DNA from: Marsupella aquatica
Lineage: Eukaryota; Plantae; Marchantiophyta
Assembly: GCA_973895155.1 (NCBI GenBank)
Contig: OZ316895.1
Span: 7,366,184-7,430,183 of the forward strand
Length of the DNA stretch: 64,000 bases
Direction: 5' to 3'
Below, piece after piece: positions 36,601 to 47,600 of this stretch. The notes under the pieces are model-generated. The model was not told the origin of the DNA. It was given only the letters and a program-made list of their open reading frames with translations, and made no database searches. Within the stretch, counting starts at the first letter, position 1. Each line of letters begins with the position of its first letter. The translations under genes and the position numbers were made by a program.

Positions 36601-37169
36601 TCCAATACTTCTCCCTTTTTCACTTTCCTCTTTCACCAGAACTTCTCACTCTTTCACGTTCCTTTCCTCTAGCTAGGGTGAGATTTTGCTCCATAATTTC
36701 ACTAAAAAGATACTAAAAATGGTAAAACCTGGTGGAATGATGCCCCTTTAAACACAACTAACTAGAAACTTCAATGAATCACAAGTTGCCATCTGTACCT
36801 CCAATGAACATGCCTAATTCACCACCAACCCTTGGTCTTCCTGACCTCTCGCCTGACCTCTGTCCTCATTCTACAAGGCCCCATGCTCCATGCTGATTGC
36901 CACTGTTCACACTCAAAGCCTAGGACTCCAGTGTTCCAATGCAAATTTTCTATAAGTTTCAACACTTTATGTATTAAGTGTAGGTCCAACTCCACTTTGG
37001 GGTGAGCTAATTGTTTAAACATTTTTGTGCCAACAGGTTTTGATCTCCCAGTCTGCTGGGCTACCACCTCAGCCCGGGGCCAACTAAAACTCCAATTTAG
37101 ACAAAACTGGATTTTTGGATAATATCCAGATTTCCTTAAATATAATTAATTACAATTAATCTCAGCTAC

Positions 37170-37355
37170 GTCACGCACAAGTAGTCAACGTGTACAGTAT
37201 ATATTTGGTTCACCACTCCAAAGGCCACGTCCATAGGCACACACAAGAGAGATTTACTGATCAAACTCTAAGCCTATCGGCCATATTGAGTCTCCACAAA
37301 CTAAACTCTCCCTATCTCCTAATTGGCTCCGTAACAATGAGCCTAAGTTCCATCC
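37170..37355 (-). mobile_element. degraded LTR fragment of the same copia family
   Basis: Reverse-complement similarity to the R/U5 part of the LTR (GGTTCACC, CACGTCCATAGG, CTCTAAGCC, AACAATGAGC). Confidence 0.7.
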
Positions 37356-37395
37356 ACTAATTAACTAATTCTTACTAATATAAAAATTGTCTAGT

Positions 37396-37690
37396 CTTGG
37401 GGGTTTCACTTCCACAAAAGTGGCACATCACATGTGACGAAGGACATGATCACTTTATTGGTTTGAAGAAAAGACTTGAAATTTTTCTCAGAAGAACAAT
37501 TTATATATAGGGTCTTTTAAATCCAATACTTATAAGAATACCTTAGAATATTCTTCTAAGTATCAAAATTCAAATTTCATAGGGGTTAAAAAATAAATAT
37601 TTTTTCTTACAATTAAGGGGGTCCAAGGCCTAAAAACGTCCCAAGTGATGGGGAGGCCTCCATATATATATATATAGTGAGGCCCCCAAG
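37396..37690 (+). mobile_element. MITE, CTYGGGGG-TIR family, subtype A
   Basis: CTTGGGGGTTTCACT / AGTGAGGCCCCCAAG; perfect 8-bp TSD TGTCTAGT. Confidence 0.9.
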
Positions 37691-38531
37691 TGTCTAGTAG
37701 TTGCATATTTGACCATAACCAGGCACATGATACGGTTCCACTAGTTGCATCAGATAGTTACACAATAACTATAGACCTACAAGAAAATGCCTAATTATAG
37801 TGGATAGCTAGGACAACCATGTACCTTAAGCAGGACCTTAAGATAAATTGTTGGACAGGATCCTAGAAGCCGCTTGAAATGTCCATGGGATTATTTATCA
37901 TGCTTTGCAACGTAAAATCAAAGGCATGCAGCTCAAACTATCAATTGACGAAAGAAAGTAATAGTGTAAAGTAGAATGAAGTACTAGAGATATTAGTGGG
38001 GCCAAATAGGCTCATATATTGTGAAATCTTCCAGGTTGAACACATAGTTATTGAAATCATTGCATAGTTAAAGACACTTTGCAACTTACTCATATTTGGA
38101 AATCAGGGTGGGATAATAAACTGGAAAAACAAGATCTTCCCAAATTGGGCACTTATTATCCACTTCAACTAGATTTCTGAGTAGTTCGAGCATAGGGCCA
38201 ACCAAGCTTCCGGTAGCTCAATATATGAAAATACATATTTAAAAAATTGACCTGTCTTATTGGGAAACATAATCTGAATATGCAGCCACATGTCATGATT
38301 GGGTTAGAGCTACCTCCTCTTAAGTTGGCCAGGTTACCCAAAAAGGATGTACGTGAACACCACCTGCTCACTTTCTTTAAATATAGATTTGTTTTTATTT
38401 CTATGAAACGTTCATTTACAGCCTCAAGTACTACCGAAGATGATTCAGAAATGTCCTGTTGGAGCTATGAAGCAAGAAACTTTTATGAAATGGAAAATAT
38501 CTAGTGATTATAATCCCTTTTAAATTTATAT

Positions 38532-39700
38532 GCTTGATGGGACCCCTTCCAAAAGAAATTTAAGTGATAGGCCCTGAAACTTTTGTTACAAACTAGACCC
38601 TCTCTGACATTTTTGTCTGATGTTCTTGTAAAGTTCCTATAAGGAGTTTAAGCTTCATGTTATCAACAATAAGAGCTACGGCAAAGTTTAGACTGAGTCA
38701 AACCATGCTTAATGACAACCTACACCATTGGGGGAGACACGAAGTAATGGTTGCCATCGCACAAATTGCGAGTTCTTAAGTGAAGACAATAATTATGGTT
38801 AATGTCTTCAGGTTTCAATTTTGTCTTTAAGTTGTTTCACGAAACCTATGCACAGGGTTTGCATGATCTTTTGATGATTCTCTTTGTTCTTTTGTCTAAG
38901 TATGGAATGAATCCTCACTCTACTTTTGGCCATTGTTCCCTATTGCAACGTTTGAAAATTGTCTTCTCACATCTAGATCCAAATTTGTCTAAATATGGAA
39001 GGAACCAAGGTTCTCTTACTTTTGGCTGTTTTCCCTTGTTGCAACTTTCAAAAATTGTCTAAGTGTGAAAGAAAGACACCATGGACTCAATCATAACAGG
39101 AAAAGTTAATTTTCCAGCCTACAAGAATGATACTAAATGTTTAGACTAAATCTTGGGCGTCTCCCTATATGGAGGTCCAAGACCTAAAAATGTCAGAGGT
39201 GATGGGGAGACTAAAATTTTCAAGTCTTCCCTTAGAATGAATAAAACAACTCTATCATTCATCGCAAGTGATTTGTCATTTTTTAGAAGTGAAACCCCCA
39301 AGTACTAAATATTGTACAAACCTACTATCCTGTATATAGCAATGGTTCCCTTAAAACTCTATAATCATGTGAAGGACATAATCCATTATGTCTCGATCAG
39401 AGCATAGACGTACTCAAAGTATAATCATGTGAAGACATCATCCATGTAATTATGTCTTTAAGCATAGACCTACGCGCGGTACGTGGACTGTGACACACAG
39501 TGTGATGGATTGCGGTGGGAAATGTATGATAACTTACCATGATGCATTTAGGTACTACATAAGAACCATGTGTACAAAAACTATGTATGGGGCCTAGTTG
39601 GTTAACAACATTTTAATTTGTGGGGGGGGGGGGGGTGCTCGTTTGTAACAAAAGTTTTGTAGGGCACTTAAATTTGTTTTGGGCAAGGATCCCACCAAGC
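38532..39700. mobile_element. long-TIR non-autonomous transposon, copy 2, with nested MITE
   Basis: Same TIRs and interior as 32804-33685. Confidence 0.72.
39152..39302 (-). mobile_element. internally deleted MITE of the CTYGGGGG family, nested in the long-TIR element
   Basis: CTTGGGCGTCTCCCT ... AAGTGAAACCCCCAAG; TSD GACTAAAT/TACTAAAT; absent from the homologous site in copy 1. Confidence 0.78.
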
Positions 39701-41593
39701 TTAATTAATTCTAAAATGTATTTTTAATTTTTGATACATAAGATGAAATCAATTTCTTTAAAATAGTCCATACAGTTGTGGATAAGGTATTTGTCAACAT
39801 TCCTTTCATATAAACTTTAAGAAAAAATAGGTTCAACCAATTGAACCAAAGTTGATTTTAAAACAAATCATAACCATTTCAACATAACACTTTTATGAGA
39901 TGACATGAGATTTTTGAGTAGGGCTCCCCAGAAATGTACATTATACTAATACTACTAGATATAATTAAACTTTAAATTATAATGTTTAGAATATATTTTG
40001 GTCAAAATGGTATATGTTTAGTAGAGGTATGTTTTGAAACCACTTAGAGAGGTTTATGCCCTTTTCTCCCAAAATCAGTTTGCCACACGTTGTCCGGGCA
40101 AGTTGTAACTAACAAGAGAATTATGTCAACCATGTGGACTTTTGCAAATTAGCTTGTCATGGCTTGTACCCAAAAAGGCCATTCAGTTAAACAGTTATTT
40201 AAATTATCTAGGGTATGATTAACGGCAACCTTGATCTCTGTACCCTAGATAATTTTCTTCAAAAATGAATTTCTTGAAGGCACATATTGCTAATCTTACT
40301 AATAAACTGTCTGAACAAATTTATGTCCAGGCTACTAGAGTGCCAATATATGCTCCTAGACAGTGACTATAGGGCCCCACCATGTGAATTTAAATAATCA
40401 TGGGTATGATCTCCGTCAAATGATGATCGATCATGTGGTTTTTTTTGGTCATAGTTTCTCTTTATATTCAAAGAATGGGCATTTAGGCTAGTATATGCAA
40501 AGTAAAAAGCCAGATCTGAATGGTAGTGAAATGCTTTAGCTCATGTTGTTCTAGGCAAGTTGATTATCTTTTCTCTATATCCCCAAATAGAGTCATGTTG
40601 CCCACTTATTCATTAAAAGTGTATTTTAATTTATTTTGTTCTATTGCCCAAATGTTCACGAATCTAAGAATACTTCACTTTTAATTGATGAATAGATTGG
40701 TAATGAGTGATCTAGATTTTTTAGGTGAGGTCAACAGTTGGCAAAGGGGACACAGCAAGTGCAAGGTTCAAAATCTGCTGGCCCTAGTGTGTTCTTACAT
40801 TCATGCTACTATGCCTTAGAAACAAATTGGACTTCACAGGTGCCGGCAGCTCTATATGAGAGGCTGTTAATGCCTCCAGATTGCTTTTTGTGGTGAATTG
40901 CCCATGTGTCTTTTATATATACCAGTACAAAGGGGCTGACCAGAAAACCTTATGGTTCTAATCATGCTTATTGTGTTGTCTCCATATAATTCTCCATTAT
41001 CATGAAAAGTCAATGTGCTGTTTTGACTGAATTCATGCAACCTCCTTATAAGACTGGGAAGGAATACTTGAACAGTTGTTATGCCCGAGGGCGGAACTTA
41101 CTACCAAGTTTCTCTTTCAGTTTTGGTTGCCCTGCACTATGTAGAGATAGAGAGTGTTTTTTTTGCTCCCCCTTTCCCCCTTTCTCTCCTTGTGCTCTCC
41201 ATCCATCCCTCCCTCCAACATCATTTTAAAAGTGAAGAAATATAAAGGGAAGAAAAACCAAAATTATCCCAAACAAAAAAATTCCCTTCCTCCATACCAA
41301 AAAGTCAAAAAATCTCTATTACCAATGTATTTCACGTGCAATCGGTATATTCTAGAAAATACTCACCCAGCACATGTAGTGATCATAAAAGCAATTATGT
41401 TGGGCATCCCCTTTCAGTAGACAATCCAAGGTGTCAACAGCACTAACTCCCGAGAGCACTGTAATACATCAAACAAGATTGGCTTGTAACATCCTTTTTC
41501 AATTTTGTAAATAGACTCTAGGGAGTCTCCATCTTTAAATCCATTTAGGTTCATTATTATAACTCATTCTTGTCTGGTTATGCACTTCATACC

Positions 41594-42046
41594 TGCTGAT
41601 TTGTTATAATTACTATCAATTTCATAAGAATACTCTTTCAAGGCCAGAAAATTGTGGAAAACCCATGGCCTAATGGGCTTTTATTAACTCATGGGCTCTA
41701 ATTCCCAAGCACAGCCACTCTGGGGCTAGAGTGATCAACTGCAAACAAAACTATGTGGAACATATAAACTAGGGTTTGCACAACAGTGAGAGCCCATTCA
41801 AAGTGTCTGGGTATCTGCATCATTGCTGCTGAATTGTTATAATCATTATCAATTTCAAAAAAATACTCCTTCAAGGCTAGAAAATGCCAGATAACCCTGG
41901 CCCTGGGGGGTTTAACTATGGGGCCCTCCCTTATTGGCTCTAAATCTCGAGCGACTACTCATGGGGTTAGAGTGAATAACTGCGACCAAAACTATATATA
42001 ACATCTAAAGAAGGGGTTTGCATAAAAGGGAGGGCTCTTTCAAAGT
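41594..42046. repeat. tandem duplication, ~230-bp unit x2
   Basis: TGCTGA.TTGTTATAAT...TTCAAGGC.AGAAAA...GGGTTTGCA...TTCAAAGT occurs at ~41594 and ~41827. Confidence 0.8.
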
Positions 42047-42422
42047 AAAAGATTATCATTCCAAATATTGCTTTCACAACTGAACAATTTTACTGAGTAA
42101 AGCTGTCACATAAAAAACAACATAAAAACCCAGGAAAAAACGGCAACGGCCAGCCTAGACCAGCACGGCCCTGACAAGTGTCATTATGGCAGCCCAAAGG
42201 TCAAGTTCTTGGGGCAACCCAAAGGTTTTGTAAGGTTTGTGATCTTTGTGATTTGTGGTCTACTCTAGGTGGAAAAATCTGATTGTGAAGGTGCTTTTCT
42301 TTTTGGACAGGGTTGCCAATGTCATAGAAGAAGAAAGAAGATGCTAAGAATAGTAGTTATCTGATTTTAGCACATCAGATTCATTTGTGACATCAGATCC
42401 CCACATATTTCAAGATAACATC

Positions 42423-43190
42423 TGTTAGGAATTACTCTTAGGTCTAGAGTTATAGCTCTACCGTAGTTAAGGCTAACCTTAGTTGCAGACTTGGTTAGGT
42501 TAGTTATGTTGTGCACACTCGTTAAGGCCCCGGTTAAGGCTAACCTTAGTCACAGACTTGGTTAGGTTAGTCATGTTGTGCACACTCTATACCCAAGCGG
42601 TGTTTGCTTGGAGAGTGGGCTCGGGGGGGGGGGGCGGGGTCACTATATGGAGGGCCATACATCGCGTGCGACGTTTTAGGGTTTGACCCCCCTAACTTAT
42701 AAGTGAAAAATATTTTTTTGCAAAGCCCTTTCTTTTTTTAAATTTTGCCTTTTTTTTAGTTAAAAAACCCCTAAAAACTTTAAGGAAAGTATTTTTTGTA
42801 ATTAAATAGGCCTATGTGTTCTTTAAAGTCGACCAATCAATAAAACATGCCCTATGTGTTCTTCCACCAAACTTTGCAAGTCTTCCGCCACACCCATTTA
42901 AATGGGTCTATTTTTCTACGCACGTGATGTGCCACTAGCTTCCGTGGAAATGAACCCCCCGAGAGAGTGGGAACTCAAGCTCATTGTTATGGAGCTAGTT
43001 GAGATAAATGGAGAGCTTGCGCTGTGGATGCTTGGTATGGCCGGTCGGCCGAGAGTGCAGTAAAGCTCTTACAAGTGTGTTCCCGTGGATGTAGCCTCAT
43101 GTGGAGGTGAACCACGTATCTCTCTGTGTTGACTCTTGTGTATTGGATGGTTCATGAGCTTGCCATTGCAATTGTCGTCTATGCTCAACA
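42423..43190 (+). mobile_element. solo LTR of the copia family interrupted by a MITE
   Basis: TGTTAGG...ATGCTCAACA; perfect TSD ACATC (42418-42422 / 43191-43195); U3 has a ~55-bp duplication. Confidence 0.9.
42620..42963 (-). mobile_element. MITE, CTYGGGGG-TIR family, subtype B, nested in the solo LTR
   Basis: CTCGGGGG... / ...GAACCCCCCGAG; perfect 8-bp TSD AGAGTGGG. Confidence 0.88.
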
Positions 43191-44617
43191 ACATCAGATT
43201 CTTAAAATTTAATGGGATCTGTGACTGAGTGGGAACTGGCATATAGAAGAAGGAAAAACTTCCTTCACCAGATTGTATAAAGGATTTTTCCTAGCTAGGG
43301 TGACTAATGTCAAGAAATCAACATGCTAAGAGATCAAATGCACATTTGAGGGGTGTCCAAATTAAGGATCATTCTTGAATTTTTCCACAGATTGAATTAC
43401 CTATTCCTTTTTCTAGATTCTTAGAATGCTTCATGATAACCAAAATGTGACATGAACTGACTGTGATTATTTGTGTGCCATCCAAAGGTTAAACCTTACA
43501 TGCCCAATTTTTGGAAGTGTGTCCAAATGGTAGTCTAATGATGTGTAAAAGGTAATTTTGGAAGTGTCTCAGCAAAATATATAGAATGAATTCCTAACCC
43601 TTTCCTTCTCCTTTATGAGCTAGTCTTGAAAAGGTATATGCACTATGGACCCCCACAATGAAAAATGTTACTTGATTGGAACCTTAGCTTGATGATAGAC
43701 CTCAATGAACTTACCCAAAACCTCAGGGGTCTCTTCAATTAACAATTTTCATTTTGGGGTCCTTAGTGTCTCCCTGGCTTGGTGCACATCAAACTTGCAC
43801 TTGGTCAGGAGTAATCCTTAGATCAAGAATAGTCTTTATGTAATATTCCTCCCTAGACTAATTCGACAATGTGATTATCAGATCCCCATAGATTTCAGAT
43901 TTAGATTTGAGGATAACCATATGATTGTGGCTGAAGGGTGTGTGGCTGGGCGGGAAATGGATGAAGCTGCCAATTTCGGACAAAAGTGGAATCTATTTTT
44001 GCGAGTTTTCGCCAATAAAAAAATGTTGCTCGTGGCACCTTGACTGTAGATGTTGAAGACACTCAGTGAGTTGACGTCGAGAAGCAATCATGACGGGGAT
44101 CGGAAGAGCAGTGCAACGAGAGAAAAACATGGGTGTCGAGCTAGCTAAGGTAGGACATGTATGGAGACAACACGACACTTGTCTTGGAGCTCGGCACAGT
44201 AATATGTTTGGTGAGGTACTGTAGTTGATGAGAAGGGACGTCATTCGCGGCCTACAAATTGAAGCTTGATGAGCAAGGGTGTCAATCGCTCGATGCATAA
44301 ATTGACCACTCCCTTGGCGCTCTCTCTTGAGAACGAAGACGATCCCACCGAGCAAATTTGCGGAGCTCGAGCAACACGAGTATTAACTCCTGGTTGGTTG
44401 GAGAATGTAATTAGCCAGCTACTTCTGCGGATGGAGATTCAGATTTGTAAACTCAATTCAACTGAAGTGTGCCTGGTTTCACGAATAGTTTAGAGCCTTT
44501 CACTCTGAATGGATGGGTCGAGATGAATCTGGAGCCTTGCAAAATCGCCTCGAAGCGCGAGAAGTACTGATTTGAGGATTAGGGTACTTGACCAGTTTCG
44601 GGGTCCAATTTCTTGCG

Positions 44618-47600
44618 ATGGCAACGGCCCCCAAAACAACACCTCCAGCTCAGGAAACATGGAGGAGTACGTCTGCTTCTCTTGCGAGATCGATCTCTCG
44701 TCCAATAGAAGTAATAAGAAGTTTGTCTTTCTCTTTTGCAAGGACAGAATCAGCTTCTGCGCAGGTAAAGGCTCCGGGTGCTTCCCAAGTTCTTCAGCAA
44801 ATAAACTTGAAGAGAAATTCTTCTGCGGCGAGGCATGCACTCAATGGTCTCAAAAGTATCAGTGATGCAACCTCTACTGACGATCAAAAAGCGTTATGGA
44901 AAGCTGTGGAGAAGCGATTTTCCGAGCTGGCATCTGCAGATGGAATGCTAAGTCGGAGTGATTTCGCTGCCTGTGTAGGTCAGTGGATGATTTCTCAGTC
45001 TGGAGCCCTCTTTACGTCCTCTTTTACCTGTTAATCTAAGAACCTCGCTCGTTTGGACTGCAAAAGACTCGTTTCTGAAGAGACTCAGTCAGACTAAACA
45101 GGTTTCATCTGAGATATAAAAGTAGCCTTAATTACCTGTCCGCAGGGATGAAGGATTCGAAGGGAATTTGCTTTTGCTCCTCCTAGCCTTCGGCATTCAG
45201 CTAAATTTGTTCTTCCCGTGCAAAGTTTGGAATCAGTGGACATAGAAATTCATTGATTCTATATATAGAGATCATTCAGACTAGAGATTTAGATTTCATC
45301 TGAAATAGAAGTAGCCTTAATTACTAGCTTGTCTGCAGGGATGAAGGATTCGAAGGAATTCGCGGGGGCGCTGCTGGATGCTCTTATCCGAAGAAAGCGG
45401 TACGACCCCGAAGAGACGAAGGAGACGATGTCCAAAGATGAGCTCTATGACTTCTGGCAACAAATTACTGACACTGGTTTCGATTCTCGCATGCAGCTCT
45501 TCTTTGATCTGTAAGAGCCAGTCTGTGACATCAATTAATTTGTCTCGTTTCTTGATGGCCACATCTGCCTTTGCAAGGAAACGTGTGATCGACTCTCCTA
45601 ACATCATGTGAGGGCCTTCCTTTGCCATTCAGATGTGACAAAGATATAGACGGTTGTATATCCGAAGAAGAAGTGAAAGAGGTGACGGTCGAAACTCCTC
45701 CTCTCAATGCAAGCATGCAGTTCTGAATGGTTGACCATACAACTCATTCGCATTGGTTCAACTGATTTGTCTGAATAAATCTTTCATATACTAAGATAGT
45801 CACTAAGTTGTTCGAACATTCGATTCGGGCAGGTCATACTCTTGAGCGCTTCTGCGAACAAACTCACTATCCTGCCAGAACAAGCTGAGGAGTATGCTGC
45901 ACTTATCATGGTGGAACTTGATCGTCATCGTCAAGGTTTCATTGAGGTACACGTTTGAATTGCACATCTTCTCCTCCCACATTGCTAATTCTGACGTCCG
46001 TCCCAATCTGGGCTTGATTCCCATGATTCCATCTTTCATTCTGATCATTTGTTTGGGTCTTTCTGTACGTTTGGAACAGCTGGGGGAACTGGAAGTGCTC
46101 ATGAACCCAAGACTGTCTACTGATGATGCACAAAAGGACATGATTGGTCAGCAGTTCAAAGTGCCTCAGAGGCAGAAAACCGGATGGAGCGCTTACTCAA
46201 ACGAAATTCATCATTACGTCCAGTTTAACCTGAGACAGATTATCATCGTTGCTTTGTGGGTGATTGCCAATGTATTGGTTTTTACGTGGAAGTTCATTCA
46301 ATTCCGGTATCGTTCTAGCTTTGAGTTGTTGGGGTATTGTCTGTGCTCGGCTAAGGGCGGTGCAGAGATGTGTAAACTAAATTTCGCACTGGTTCTCTTT
46401 CCCGTTTGCCGAAATACCATCACATGGCTGCGATCTACATTCTTCGGGACAATTATCCCGTTTAATGACAACATCAAGCTTCATAAGGTCTGCACCATGA
46501 GTTATACATACTCCAGGTTCTAAGTTCATGTCTTGAAACCTTCAACAAAATGTAAAAGTGTTTCCGATCCATTCACATTTCATTTTAAAGTTTCTTGAAG
46601 TTCCTCTAGCTAGCTTTTTAACACGGGCTGTCTCCCTGGGCGCAGCTCATTGCCAGCGGGATCGTCCTTGGAGCAATTCTTCACATTGTACCCCACGTTA
46701 CGTGCAACATCCCTAGGATTATTCATGCTACCCGTCCGGTGTTCATGAGGACAATTGGTGGCACGAGGATATGGAACGGTCATCAACCAAAGAGTTATTT
46801 TGATCTTGTGAAGACCAAAGCAGGGCTCACTGGGCTTGTTATGATGTTCCTTCTGATTGTGATACTCTTTCTCGCCTCAAACCGGACACGGAAAAGTTTA
46901 TCGAAACTTCGTCCTCCCTTCAACAGAATGACAGGCTTCAACACTTTCTGGTACTCGCATCATTTGCTTATACTTATGTACGGCCTTCTGATTGTCCACG
47001 GTTGGTATCTCATTCTGACGACTATATGGGATCGGAAAACGGTATGTGACTTTTCCTTGGTCGGCCGATCATCTTTTAAAACGTTTCTTCTCAGAGTTTG
47101 TACGTCAGTGGATGTGCTTCCCATGACTGTTGCTTGAATTGCATATATTAGTATGCACTCTTTAAACTGAACTTGATGTCATTCCTTTAATGGTCTATTT
47201 TATTGTTGATGTTATCGATCTTGCATGCAGACTTGGGCGTACGTAGCCTTTCCGATGGTTCTCTACTTTGGTGAACGATGTCTTCGTGCATACCGTGCTA
47301 GCATTCACGCAGGTAGCGTCATTAAGGTAATTGACCGATCGGCTCTTTTTCGTCACAAAGGTTGCGTTAAGTTGATCTGAACAACAATCCAACGTATGCA
47401 TCAAGAGACGCAAAGGCTACCCACTTGCCCCGGCAGAGGGGCAACGGAAACAAGTATCTCCGATAATCACTGATAAGCCCGGCCATCAATAGAATATGAC
47501 TACGTAAAGGTACCAGTCAGCTGCAACGGGGGCTGCTGCTAATATTCTAATGCAGTGTTGCGCCAGTCGAAAAAGCTAGCTTACTGCATGCATGCCAGCA

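Noticed and set aside
44572-44865. Cys-rich alternative-frame ORF overlapping RBOH exon 1
   Set aside because: The conserved RBOH motifs are in the other frame, and there is no independent support.
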